Shown: positions 1 to 14,489 of the stretch, in pieces | How the letters are laid out: each line of letters opens with the position of its first letter | Numbering within the stretch: position 1 is the stretch's first letter | NCBI GenBank assembly: GCA_964016885.1 | Contig: OZ024754.1 | Location: forward strand, 7,688,001 to 7,752,000 | Origin: Eledone cirrhosa | Lineage: Eukaryota | Reading direction: 5' to 3' | Length of the DNA: 64,000 nt | Made by a program: the position numbers and the translations under genes | The notes under the pieces: generated by a model | What the model saw: the letters and a program-made list of their open reading frames with translations, nothing else | Databases searched by the model: none | Told to the model about the DNA's origin: nothing

Positions 1-129
1 GTGCATCGACGGTTATCCTCTTTGCTTCTGCTGGACACCATCAGAGGGCGTTACCCCCGGTGTTTGCGTATCTACGGCTTTCTAAATCTTTCCTGTAAAC
101 ATACAGTGTTTATTTAGAAATACGAAATT

Positions 130-922
<793 letters not shown>

Positions 923-1558
923 ATAAAATATTAAACAAATAATGAACAAACAATTCCTTATATTAAACAAAAAAAGTTCACTATTTAACGATCGTTTCTA
1001 GGGTACATATGTGTTATAATTGGTATGCATATTTAACAGATCTATGTACAAAATTATACAAAATTATACAAATTATCAAGATTAAATATACATACCTAAC
1101 TCATATATACGCCGTCTTCAGAAATAATGAAGTATATTTATTGATAATAACAACAATTCAAAATATCAGTTCAAAATTGACCAATGAAAACACAAAGGGT
1201 TATCAATAAATATACTTCATTATTTCTGAAGACGGCGTATATATGAGTTAGGTATGTATATTTAATCTTGATAATTTGTATAATTTTGTATAATTTTGTA
1301 CATAGATCTGTTAAATATGCATACCAATTATAACACATATGTACCCTAGAAACGATCGTTAAATAGTGAACTTTTTTTGTTTAATATAAGGAATTGTTTG
1401 TTCATTATTTGTTTAATATTTTATCTTGACTCTGTATACCATTTATCTTTCACCGAAATTGGATTTTCATTACATCTCTTCTTTCCATGATATCCGGAAT
1501 ACATTGAGTTCTTCATACGGATTGGACACTACCGTAAACTCTTGGTAGATTTATCTAC
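923..1558 (+). mobile_element. Fold-back PLE-pLTR-like element with hammerhead, between (TA)n tracts
   Basis: 225-bp inverted repeat (923-1147 / 1200-1424, 52-bp spacer); unique tail to about 1558; TA tracts on both sides. Confidence 0.8.
1216..1370 (+). ncRNA. Type I hammerhead ribozyme with extended stem II (mirror copy on minus strand 977-1131)
   Basis: Stem I TTCATTATTT (1216-1225) / AAATAGTGAA (1361-1370); core CTGAAGA 1226-1232; stem II includes GGTATGTATATTTAA / TTAAATATGCATACC; GAAA 1349-1352; palindromic stem III ACGATCGT; GUU triplet ending 1360. Confidence 0.8.
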
Positions 1559-2710
<1,152 letters not shown>

Positions 2711-3187
2711 AAAATTTCAACTTATCAATAATGTAGTGATAATATATCGTTACGTTAGAGATGAACAGCGTACGTGCAGGTTTGCTCAACGAATATAAAT
2801 TATATTCCGGAGAAATGTAGAAAGGATGAATATAAAATGAAAGTGCTTTTGTTAAAAAAGGAATTTATTAGGTATTGACATATGTTTCTGTAACAGACCG
2901 AATACCTATGTATCGCTGCTTGCGTAATCATATAATGTTAGCAAGTATTCGATAGCAAATGTATAATCAGTTGTCACTTCTTCAGAGATTTTGGATAAAC
3001 TGCAGTTTATCCAAAATCTCTGAAGAAGTGACAACTGATTATACATTTGCTATCGAATACTTGCTAACATTATATGATTACGCAAGCAGCGATACATAGG
3101 TATTCGGTCTGTTACAGAAACATATGTCAATACCTAATAAATTCCTTTTTTAACAAAAGCACTTTCATTTTATATTCATCCTTTCTA
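2711..3187. mobile_element. Fold-back element containing a 370-bp palindrome
   Basis: 2818-3002 is the reverse complement of 3003-3187, centred on CTG|CAG with no spacer; TA tracts on both sides. Confidence 0.85.
3020..3128 (+). ncRNA. Hammerhead-like motif with long stem II; stem I not intact
   Basis: CTGAAGA 3020-3026; GTGACA...TGTTAC closes a stem II region of about 90 nt; GAAA 3117-3120; palindromic ACATATGT; GUC 3126-3128; AATAAA about 8 nt later. Confidence 0.6.
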
Positions 3188-4747
3188 TATATGTATATAT
3201 GTATATATATATGTATATATGTATATATATATGTATATGTATGTATATGTATATATATATGTATATATGTATATATATATGTATATATATATATATGTAT
3301 ATATGTATGTATATATGTATATATATATGTATATATATATATGTATATATATATATGTATATGTATGTACGTGTACATACTTATATTTAAGTAACTGCCG
3401 TACTAAGAGTGGGAAAGGAAATTTCGTTTCATTTTTTCCGTTTATATATATATATGTATATGTATATATATGTATATGTATATATATGTATATGTATATA
3501 TATGTACATGTATATATATATATGTATATTTATATGTGTATATATGTATATGTATATATATATGTATATATATATGTATATATATATATATGTATATGTA
3601 TATATATATGTATATATATATATATATGTATATATGTATATATATATATATGTATATATGTATATATATATGTATATATATACATATATATATACATATA
3701 TACATATATATATGTATATATGTATATATATATGTATATATATATATGTATATATATATATGTATATATATATATGTATATATATGTATATATATATGTA
3801 TATATATATATGTATATATATATATGTATATATATGTATATATATATGTATATATATATATGTATATATATATGTATATATATATATGTATATATATATG
3901 TATGTATATATGTATATATATATGTATATATGTATATATATATATGTATATATATGTATATATATATGTATATATATATGTATATATATATGTATATATA
4001 TATGTATATATATATATGTATATATATATATGTATATATATATATGTATATGTATATATATATATGTATATGTATATATATATATGTATATGTATATATA
4101 TATATGTATATGTATATATATATATGTATATATATATATGTATATATATATATGTATATATATATGTATATATATATATGTATATATATATATGTATATA
4201 TATATATGTATATATATATATGTATATATATATGTATATATATATGTATATATATATGTATATATATATGTATATATATATGTATATATATATGTATATA
4301 TATATGTGTATATATATATGTATATATATATATGTATATATATATATGTATATATATATGTGTATATATATATGTATATATATATGTGTATATATATATG
4401 TATATATATATGTATATATATATATGTATATATATATGTATATATATATATGTATATATATATATGTATATATATATATGTATATATATATATGTATATA
4501 TATGTGTATATATATATGTATATATATATATGTATATATATATGTATATATATATATGTATATATATATATGTATATATATATATGTATATATATATGTA
4601 TATATATATATGTATATATATGTATATATATGTATATATATGTATATATATGTATATATATATATGTATATATATATATGTATATATATATGTATATATA
4701 TATGTATATGTATATATGTATATATATATATGTATATATATATATGT

Positions 4748-4795
<48 letters not shown>

Positions 4796-5610
4796 ATGTA
4801 TATGTATATATGTATATGTATATATATGTATATATATGTATATGTATATGTATATATATATGTATATATATGTATATATGTATATGTATATATATGTATG
4901 TATATATATATGTAAATATATATGTATATATGTATATGTATATATATATATGTATATATATATGTATATATATATATGTATATATATATGTATATATATA
5001 TGTATATATATATATGTATATATGTATATATATATGTATATATATATATGTATATATATATGTATATATATATATGTATATATATATGTATATATATATA
5101 TGTATATATATATATGTATATATATATATGTATATATATATGTATATATATATATGTATATGTATATATATATGTATATATATATGTATATGTATATATA
5201 TATATGTATATATATATATGTATATATATATGTATATATATATGTATATATATATGTATATATATATGTATATATATATATGTATATATATGTATATATA
5301 TATATGTATATATATATGTATATATATATGTATATATATATATGTATATATATGTATATATATATATGTATATATATATATGTATATATATATGTGTATA
5401 TATATATGTGTATATATATATGTGTATACATGTGGGTATATATGTATATATATGTATATATATGTATATATATGTATATATATATATGTATATATATGTA
5501 TATATATGTATATATATATATATATGTATGTATATGTATGTATGTATATGTATATATATGTATATATGTATATATATGTATATATATATGTATATATATG
5601 TATATATATG

Positions 5611-5647
<37 letters not shown>

Positions 5648-5940
5648 GTATATATGTATATATATGTATATATATATGTATATATGTATATATATGTATA
5701 TATATATGTATATATATGTATATATATATATATATGTATATATATATGTATATATATATGTATATATATATGTATATATATGTATATATGTATATATATA
5801 TGTATATATATGTATATATATGTATATATATATGTATATATGTATATATATGTATATATATGTATATATGTATATATATGTATATATATATGTATATATA
5901 TGTATATATATATGTATATATATGTATATATATATGTATA

Positions 5941-6009
<69 letters not shown>

Positions 6010-6052
6010 ACATGTGTGTATATATATATATATGTATATATATATGTATATA

Positions 6053-6110
<58 letters not shown>
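3188..6110. repeat. (TA)n/(TATATG)n mega-tract with a short unique island at about 3370-3445
   Basis: Direct reading. Confidence 0.97.
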
Positions 6111-6112
<2 letters not shown>

Positions 6113-6175
6113 AACGAGTAGGACCCCGACGGCTGAGCTCAAGCCGTTTCGACGGCTAATTCTGAAATCAGAAAG
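6111..6175 (-). mobile_element. Fragment of the 'GACCCCGACGGC' hammerhead-half family
   Basis: Matches the inverted arm of the copies at 11507, 12231 and 49931. Confidence 0.7.
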
Positions 6176-7472
6176 AGATATCGATCGGGTACTGAACTGT
6201 AAGCGTTTGTTTCTCTTTTGATCCAGCTCTAAAAGATGAAAAGAAAATTTGAATTTAAAAATTCCAGTGAGCATTAACGGATAACGTCAAACCTTCTATC
6301 GAATGTTTTAATGCAGCCATGAGCAACTTTTTCAATCAGTGGGCCGCATAGGAAGTGGATCATCATAAGATGGGACGAACCACTAAAAGGTTCAATGCAA
6401 TTTTGAAATTAGGAGTGCCATTTAGAAAGCTAAACAGGCCCCAAGCAGCTCGCGGGCTGCAGTTTGCCCATGACAGTTCTAAAGCCTCTGCCAATACACC
6501 GCCATGACCTTAATGTCATCTGTATAACAGATAACATTAAGGTAAAGTAGAAACGATACTGAGCAATTTATACGATATACTAAACTATATTAACCTATAG
6601 ATATGAAATGTAAAGTAAGCTGAGATACTGATATATATCATTCTGGTAGTAGACAATATATCACTCCCAGACTTCTTATTATGATGTTGTAGACAGTCAT
6701 ATATCATAGAAACACTATTACATGAGTGATAGAGAATTATGATTTATTTGATTTATTTAGAGTGTACACTTATTTGATAACAAATCTGCAGAAGGTAGAA
6801 GAGGAATGTACTTATTTCATGGCATAGATTTATGTTAAATCTCATAGAATATTCAACTCCAGACATTTTGACAGGAATTATACAAACCGATTGATAAATA
6901 ATTAGATGTAGATTCCATTGATAAAATAAGTAAAATACAATTGTATATCTTCCACTTTCGACATAGCTACACGTGGATTTGATATTTTGTTGCTGTTTCG
7001 TGTTTTTAATACTCTCAGCAATGACAGCGAGATGAACTACTGAACCTAGGGCATGATATCGATCACCTAATCATAAAATACTGATTAGTTTTCTTCCCAA
7101 TGTTGCCTAATATATCGAATAGAATATCAGACTTTAGTGAAGTTGCCCAGAAACAATTTTATTCTCATTTATTCAATGGTGTTTTCTTTCATTTTGTTAT
7201 GGTTTAATGAGAGAAAGCTGAGCAACGTCCGTAAAGTACATAATAGGGAAACTGTTGAATGTTTCATTCTATCACTTGGGAATGTGAAACATTGACAAAA
7301 CGTTGACTTTATCACAGCTTTTTGTTGTTGTTTTTTCTAATAACTGCTTTACTGCAATGTGACGCCATTTCTATTGATGGGGAAACAGAGAGAAAGAAGC
7401 CCACAAGTCATGAGTTTTAGTTGCAGTAAGAAGTAGAGAATGAACATATCGAGATATTATCTGTCAGATGTA

Positions 7473-7664
7473 GGGCGGTCGATTGGCAGTATTGGTAGAG
7501 TGGCGGATGCCATGCTTTGACGCATAGAGTTACGGCCCTTGCCATTCTGAGTTCAAATCCCGCCGAGGTTAACTTTGCCTTTCATCCTTACGGGGTCGAT
7601 AAAATAAAGTACCAGTAATACACTGGGTAATTGCTGGCCTTGTGCCTAACGTAGAAACAATTAT
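7473..7664 (+). mobile_element. tRNA-derived SINE family A, full length with TSD
   Basis: A-box TGGCAGTATTGG, B-box GAGTTCAAATCCC, central GCCTTTCATCCTTACGGGGTCGATAAAATAAAGTACCAG; TSD ATTATCTGTCAGATGT at 7456-7471 / 7660-7675. Confidence 0.92.
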
Positions 7665-8240
7665 CTGTCAGATGTTATAGTGGATTGGTAGAGAGCCGGA
7701 ACAAATGCCGTAAAATATTCGCCTTATATATATATATATCAGAACAAAACTAGGTTTCACATTGAAGTTTTTATTAGGCTCAGTTACGAACGTTTCCCAG
7801 AAGGACGGCTCAGGAGCCTGAGTTATTGACGTTGAAATATCCAAGACCCCAGCAGACAACTGATGAAGGAAAATGTTTTCTCCCCTTCTTGATTTCCTCT
7901 TTTTATAAGTACACCTGATCCACCAACTACACAGCCCGCCTATTCTTATATATATATATATATATATTCACCGAACTTAAATTCATACAAATCTGGGACT
8001 TGTCTCCTTTCCTCACTTTCTGTTGCCTCACCATTTTGTTTGTTTACCCTCGCGTCCCCTTTATTTACGTGTCCCAACGACTTTTTTTAGCCGTTGCTCG
8101 CACCAACCGGAGGTATATGGTCTTTAAAGCGATGAAATGCCTATGATAGTTGGAAGATCACTGATGAAGGACAAACTTTTTTCATATGTAACCCATTTGC
8201 AACTCCGCATCGCCCTTATTATCATATATATATATATATA

Positions 8241-8564
8241 TTAAAGTGTTAAACAATATTCAATGATTATGTCAAAGAATGAGTTTTACAGTAGATTGGA
8301 AGCACTGAACGGGAAAATAATTTTCTGGAGTTATTCATATTAAAATATATGTATTAATAAAATAGATGTTCTTTTGATCAATTACATTTTATTATACATA
8401 TTTCGGATGTACAACAGTACGTCCTCATCAGACAAAATATAATGATACATGACATAACCTGAGATGTTAAATGGTTAAGATTTAATCAAGGTAGTGATTA
8501 AATCCGAAATATGTATAATAAAATGTAATTGATCAAAAGAACATCTATTTTATTAATACTTATA

Positions 8565-8573
<9 letters not shown>
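8241..8573 (-). mobile_element. Fold-back hammerhead element between (TA)n tracts
   Basis: Inverted arms 8337-8408 / 8502-8573. Confidence 0.75.
8385..8439 (-). ncRNA. Minimal type I hammerhead ribozyme
   Basis: Minus strand: TATTTTGT-CTGATGA-GGACGTAC-tgtt-GTACATCC-GAAA-TATGTA-TA-ATAAAATG; 8-bp stem I, 7 of 8 pairs in stem II, AUA triplet. Confidence 0.85.
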
Positions 8574-8606
<33 letters not shown>

Positions 8607-8765
8607 CAACGCTGTCAACTATTTCCCGTTCGGTGGGGTTTATGACCAATCTGTTACACTATTTTCCATAGTCAAAGAAATACGTTGAACCTTCTAAATT
8701 TTCAATGAATACACATCCGCTCAACGTTTCTAAAAATAGAACAGGCACACACACACATACGCACA

Positions 8766-8877
<112 letters not shown>

Positions 8878-8879
8878 TG

Positions 8880-9506
8880 ACATACATAATTGTACATGTA
8901 TACTTCTACATGTGTGTGAATATATATACTTATATATATATGTATATAGATATATATATATATAACTATACTTATGTATGTATACATGTCCATATCTACA
9001 CCATACTTATATATATGTATATATATATAACTATACATATGTATGTATACATGTCCATATCTACACCATACTTATATATATGTACATGTATACAGCTACA
9101 TGTGTGTGAATATATACACTTATACACATGCATATATGTGTGTAAATATATAACTATACATATGTATGTGTACATGTGTGTGAATATATACACTTGCATA
9201 TATGAGTATGCATATGTAACTATGCATATATATATGTGTACATGTCCTTAACTACACCATACTTATATATATATGTATATGTACATCTATACAACTACAA
9301 GTGTGTGAATATATATATACTTATATAGATGTGTATAAATATATAACTATAGATATATATGTGTACATGTCCATAAATACACCATACTTACATATATGTA
9401 CATCTATATAGCTACAAGTGTGTGAATATATATACTTACATAGATGTGTATAAATATATAACTATAGATATATATGTGTACATGTCCATAAATACACCAT
9501 ACTTAC
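8880..9506. repeat. Degenerate minisatellite (CATGTCCATA..ACACCATACTTA / CTACAAGTGTGTGAATATA units)
   Basis: Motifs recur 4-5 times with spacings of roughly 65-190 bp. Confidence 0.75.
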
Positions 9507-9698
9507 AATAATTGTTTCTACTATTGGCACAAGGCCAGCAATTACCCAGTACATTACTGGTACTTTATTTTATCGACCCCGTAAGGATGAAAGGCAAAGT
9601 TAACCTCGGCGGGATTTGAACTCAGAATAGCAAGGGCCGTAACTCTATGCATCAAAGCATGGCGTCCGACCCTCTACCGATACTGCCAATCCACCGCC
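9507..9698 (-). mobile_element. SINE family A, full length with TSD
   Basis: Reverse complement of the 7473 copy; TSD ACTTACAATAAT at 9501-9512 / 9701-9712. Confidence 0.92.
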
Positions 9699-10007
9699 AA
9701 ACTTACAATAATGATTACATGGAGAAAAAAAGACCAATTGACTACATTTAGCGTTGCTGACGCTAAATATAGGAAAAAATGTTATTTTTATCTTAGACCA
9801 CCTTTGAAATATCGGACATAAACTTTCTAATGTAAGATTAGAAAAGATCAATGGAAAGAAGTATTTAAAGTAATGAAGATTAATGAATAAAGACACAGAG
9901 ATCGTGTTTTATTTTGGAAGTTTGGAGGGAATAATTTACTAGGATCTTAAATTGGTTTTCCGTGTTTCTTTTCGCTTCGTGTATCTGCATATATATGAGT
10001 GTTTATC

Positions 10008-10053
<46 letters not shown>

Positions 10054-10087
10054 TCACATGAATCAAAGTTCTGTTCAAACCATTTAT

Positions 10088-10135
10088 TAGCTTACAATTG
10101 TTTCATCCAAACCGAGGTTTGGAGTCTTCGGACCA
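10088..10135 (-). ncRNA. Degenerate minimal hammerhead
   Basis: Minus: CCGAAGA-c-TCCAAACC-tc-GGTTTGGA-t-GAAA-CAATTG-TA, then AATAAA; core position 4 is C and stem I is weak. Confidence 0.55.
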
Positions 10136-10297
10136 TTTTTCAATGTTTGTTTACATACATGACCTCCTTATTTATCTTACTGGTAATAAGGTAGTAATAC
10201 ATTACTGTCTTTCACTGTTTAGGGTTTAAAATATATATAACTATAAAAAGTTTTAGTATATACATAACCATAAATAGTATCCTTAATACTATATATA

Positions 10298-10343
<46 letters not shown>

Positions 10344-10345
<2 letters not shown>

Positions 10346-10447
10346 GTATTTCCCGGCGTCGAAGTCGGTACTTTTCCCATAAAATAAGTCTCAAAAATCT
10401 ACCATGCACGCTGGAGGACGAAGCATCTTCGGCGCCGGGAAATACGG
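10344..10447. mobile_element. MITE, Tc1/mariner (Tc2/pogo-like CCGTA termini)
   Basis: 15-bp TIRs CCGTATTTCCCGGCG / CGCCGGGAAATACGG flanked by TA. Confidence 0.85.
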
Positions 10448-10956
10448 TATGTATATATATATATATATATGACAATATGCTTCTGGTTGATTTATTCTTA
10501 GTGTCACTATTCCTTAACTCTTTGTGTTCACGCTAAATAAAAATGTATCAATTACTCACTCATTGAGTGCTTCGTGACTGCCTCTTCTGATTCGATTGAT
10601 CATTTGCTATAGTGCAGCTGCAACTTCGGTTATACGCATTTGCTCTCTCTTTCCGTGTTAAATTATTTTTATGGTTATAATAGCTTTTGTTGTCGTCTTT
10701 CCTTCCCAATAATGTATTTCCGTACTCTTCAAAATAGGAATAAGTCCGATTTAATCCATCCTTAAGCCTATGTATGTTGTTTTCTTTGTCTGCCTCCGAT
10801 AAGTTTGTTATAAATATTTCCTGATTTCGATATCTTAAAGATAATTCTTGAATTATATTATTGATCATGCTAAAATAGAATGCAATTTATCAATCATTTA
10901 AGCTATCATATATAATATCGTAATCTGAATTAACCCGTTCTGTCTGATAGACGTTC

Positions 10957-11067
10957 CATAGAATGGTACTGTAGAGGATGACTGGGTGACAGGTGTTACA
11001 TAGAATGGTACTGTAGAGGATGACTGGGTGACAGGTGTTACATAGAATGGTACTGTAGAGAATGACT
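10957..11067. repeat. 42-bp tandem repeat, about 2.6 copies
   Basis: CATAGAATGGTACTGTAGAG starts at 10957, 10999 and 11041. Confidence 0.92.
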
Positions 11068-11435
11068 ATACAAGACATAGAACAATGAATTAACTTTTGT
11101 AGAATATTTAAATATATTTCTATTATCCTTCTTCTAATATCAAGATGGGTTTGATGTGATACAATCAATTATATATTTCATAAAAATGCTCGGTTCTTTT
11201 GTTTTACGTTGAACAAAGATTTGCAGCTGTGAATTTTTACATCACAGCCACGTAGTTGATATGTTCTTTCTAATGGCAGATGGTAAATTCGTATTGTACA
11301 TTTCTATAATCCAAACTTAATCTGCTTACTGCATCAATAATTAAGGATTGAATGTGCTATATTATTGTATTATATTATTCACATGCAATTTTGTAATCTT
11401 TTTGAGGATATTGAACTATCCCCACCCCTCTCTCT

Positions 11436-11506
<71 letters not shown>

Positions 11507-11508
<2 letters not shown>

Positions 11509-11706
11509 AAAAGAGTCAGGACCTCGACGGCTGAGCTCTGGCCATTTCGACATCTAGATCTGAACTGTTCAGATCTAGCTGTCGAAACGGCCGGAGCTTA
11601 GCTGTCGGGGTCCTGACTCTTTTCCTACTACCCACTCTACTACACTAAGTATTGAGTACTCTGGTGCGTTATAGTCCACTTGGTTTCTTACCACGCTTCC
11701 TTTGTT
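11507..11706 (+). mobile_element. Fold-back element, 'GACCCCGACGGC' family
   Basis: Imperfect palindrome 11505-11627 centred at 11566; retains the hammerhead 3' half GAAA-CGGC-loop-GCTG-TC-GGGGTC; tail shared with 12231 and 35455. Confidence 0.8.
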
Positions 11707-11863
11707 ATATATGTAACAGAAAATCAGTACATGAACTGATCCTTTATATTTTCTCTCAATATCTACTGTGTATAATTCTTGCACTTTATACACTAACACC
11801 CTGCTTTTTAAACATACGTTGATTTTCTATTTCTCTCTCACTCTCCCGTACACCTACACACAT

Positions 11864-11898
<35 letters not shown>

Positions 11899-12230
11899 AT
11901 ACTCAAGCAGTGCTTTACATCCTACGCTACATATCTTAGAAGTTTTTAGCTCTTACTCTCATTGTATGTTATGTTATTGTATAAGATAGACTTTCCTTTT
12001 AGTTAAAGCCAGAAAACTCAATGGTAATTAGTTATGTTATATGATATATTCCATCAGAAATAACATATTCTCTACACGAATATGATATTTCTGATATGAA
12101 AGCAACTCACCTATGAAAGCAAATGTAAAGTAGAAATTTTCTTTTCGAGAGTAGATTTTAATAACCTTCGGTTATAGAACTTTCAAACAATTAAAACCTC
12201 AATGAATGAATATATATATATATATATATA

Positions 12231-12388
12231 TGAAAATGTATGACCCCGACGGCAGGGCTCAAGCCGTTTCAACGGCTATTTCTGGATTCTGGAAATAGCC
12301 GTCGAGACGGCTTGAGCTCTGCCGTCGGGGTCATACATTTTCCTATTACCCACTCTACTACCCTAAGTATACTACTACTCCTTCGTTA
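12231..12388 (+). mobile_element. Fold-back element, 'GACCCCGACGGC' family
   Basis: Palindromic 5' part and the same tail; TA flanks. Confidence 0.8.
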
Positions 12389-12446
12389 TATATATATATA
12401 TGAAATAACAGGAGGCTGGACTGGTGTAAATACTTGAAAGATTTAT

Positions 12447-12506
12447 TATACTATGATCATTTCAATGACTGGGTTCCATATGAATCCGGTGATATCATCA
12501 GGTATT
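12447..12506 (-). ncRNA. Minimal type I hammerhead (family also at about 16350-16460 + and 22150-22260 -)
   Basis: Minus: AATAC-CTGATGA-t-stem II-t-GAAA-TGATCA-TA-GTAT-AATAAA; palindromic ATGATCAT. Confidence 0.72.
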
Positions 12507-12665
12507 GGAATATAACAAAATATATATATTTATATATATATATATAGTAATAATAATAAATGTGAAGGCGTATATATATATATAGTGATAATAATGTGAA
12601 GGCTTATATATATATATAGTAATAATAATAAATGTGAAGGCTAATATATATATATATATATATAT

Positions 12666-13055
12666 AGTAATAATAATAAAATTGAAGACTAAAATCCAAA
12701 GAGGGCTCGATAAGGAAAATATATATCAAATATATAAGAACCGTAGAGCAAATATTTATTAAAATAACAGATTAAAGTTTAAGCAAAGAATCGCTGCTTT
12801 CACCCTTAACGGGTTCTTCTGAAACTAACAAAGTCAATCTGTAAACGCAGAACTGGATATTTCAAAAAACGTTGCAACCGGAGGAAGACAGGAAGACGAT
12901 ACTTTGGTTCGTGGTAACGTTCGCTGGCAAAGAACGGGAAAAAACGAATAATACGTCATTAATAGGAGTAGTGAAAAACAATTACGCGCAAAGACAAAAC
13001 CACGGTTAAGGGTGAAAGCAGCGATTCTTTGCTTAAACTTTAATCTGTTATTTTA

Positions 13056-13062
<7 letters not shown>
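12666..13062 (-). mobile_element. TA-flanked fold-back repeat family (copies also at 21915-22110, 26505-26662, 38313-38725, 50703-50780)
   Basis: Shared TATTTATTAAAATAACAGATTAAAGTTTAAGCAAAGAATCGCTGCTTTCACCC; inverted arms about 12754-12812 / 13004-13062. Confidence 0.8.
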
Positions 13063-13093
<31 letters not shown>

Positions 13094-13144
13094 ATAATAA
13101 TTGTTTCTACTTTTGATGTGAAGACTAATATAAATATATATATA

Positions 13145-13505
13145 AAATAAGTTAGTCAAAGATGTAAAATTTGTCTTCGTTTATTATAAATTATAAATTC
13201 TCTATATATCAGTCCGAATTGGTGTGGAAAAGACTGGTATACATGTTGTTGAAGTGTGTTCTACTCTGTCAGTACGTCGATATGTCCAGCTCCTGGGTGT
13301 GCTGTTAGTCCTTCGAGGAACTGGAATCATATATATATATATAGCAGAGAATTTATAATTTATAATAAACGAAGACAAATTTTACATGTTTGACTTACTG
13401 ATTTTATAGTACTCCGGAGTAAACAAACCAACCCTGCGTACTTTGTCGAGTGTTCCAATCTGTATACTGAGGTGACGGTAAACAACCAGCATATACTCAA
13501 AATTT
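13145..13505 (+). mobile_element. Fold-back element related to 36021-36290
   Basis: Inverted arms about 13145-13203 / 13346-13405; shared tail TACTCCGGAGTAA..CCAACC..GTCGAGTG. Confidence 0.72.
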
Positions 13506-13634
13506 ATATATATATATATACCTGTTTCAGCCATCCGGCTGAGGCCCCAGCATGGATGGCTGAAACAGGTAAAAGAGTAAAAGAGCAATATATATAGTAA
13601 TAATAATAAATGTGAAGACTTTATATATATATAT

Positions 13635-13750
13635 AGCGTGTGGCTGAGTGGTTAAGGAATTGGATTCGCAATCGTAAGGTTGTGAGTTCGATTCCTGGAC
13701 CAGGTGATGCGTTATGTCCTTGAGCAAGACACTTTATTTCACGTTGCTCC
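13635..13750 (+). mobile_element. tRNA-derived SINE family B, 5' part
   Basis: A-box TGGCTGAGTGG, B-box GAGTTCGATTCC, CORE-like TGTCCTTGAGCAAGACACTTTA. Confidence 0.85.
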
Positions 13751-13857
13751 TTCTACCTGGAGTTGCGACCGATAGATAGTATTAGCAAGTGGAAAGACCA
13801 ACGGAAACATTGTTCCCTCGGTCCGATTTGACGAAAGTCGATCGTTAGGAATATATA

Positions 13858-14160
13858 TAGTTTCTGAATTTGTTTAGCAAGATTCTTTATCTGAAAACGC
13901 GTGTTGAAACCGATATTGTTATACTTTGGGAGGGTCATGTTGCCAATAAGAAACACACGCACCAGTTGCTTTCACTTCAATTTATTATAATAAATTTATA
14001 AATTTAGGAATTTATAAATTTCCGGTTGGTTGGTTGGTTCCACAACCAGATAGTTGTTTATATATTGTCAAAGTTCTTTCGTCACACATTCTGTGACATC
14101 TTCAGTGATGGGGATTCTTTTCTTTGTTTTTGTGCCTCTCCTTTGTTCCGTCCTACGCCA
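13858..14160 (+). mobile_element. Dispersed repeat, second copy at about 32478-32780
   Basis: Near-identical GTTTCTGAATTTGTTTAGCAAGATTC...GGGAGGGTCATGTTGCCAATAAGAAACACACGCACC. Confidence 0.85.
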
Positions 14161-14274
14161 TCTTATTTACAAGATATATATACACACTTCGACATTGCGT
14201 TTCAAGATTTCGAGTTCATACAAATGTACCAGTCAGGTAATTAGATCTATGTTCATGCAATGTTATTCCTGGAC

Positions 14275-14468
14275 CTGTTATTTTTATCTAAAGACATTTT
14301 TCCAATTCCACCCCCACCCGTCCCTTCATTCTATCATATTTCTCATTCTTTCTCTGATAAAAGACTAGCGTCCGAAACGTTAAGACGCTCTTCCTGTTGT
14401 TTCAAGCGGTAACCTAATATATTCCTTCCATATACTGTACCGATTGTGTTGTTATTTCTGTTTACCTT
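14275..14468 (+). mobile_element. PLE-pLTR-like repeat with decayed minimal hammerhead (paralog of 63045-63232)
   Basis: CTGATAA-a-AGAC-tagc-GTCC-GAAA-CGTT-AAGA at 14354-14385. Confidence 0.7.
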
Positions 14469-14489
14469 ATATATATATATATATATATA

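Noticed and set aside
7473-7570. tRNA genes at SINE heads
   Set aside because: A/B boxes are present but I see no intact cloverleaf, and each head is fused to a SINE body.
7859-8175. Isolated CTGATGAAGG motifs at about 7860 and 8161
   Set aside because: No downstream stem II-GAAA-stem III; at most broken remnants.
12785-12830. Hammerhead in the 12666/38313 family (minus CAGAAGA..GGGT-GAAA)
   Set aside because: Core position 4 is A in the copies seen, and no convincing stem I or III was found.
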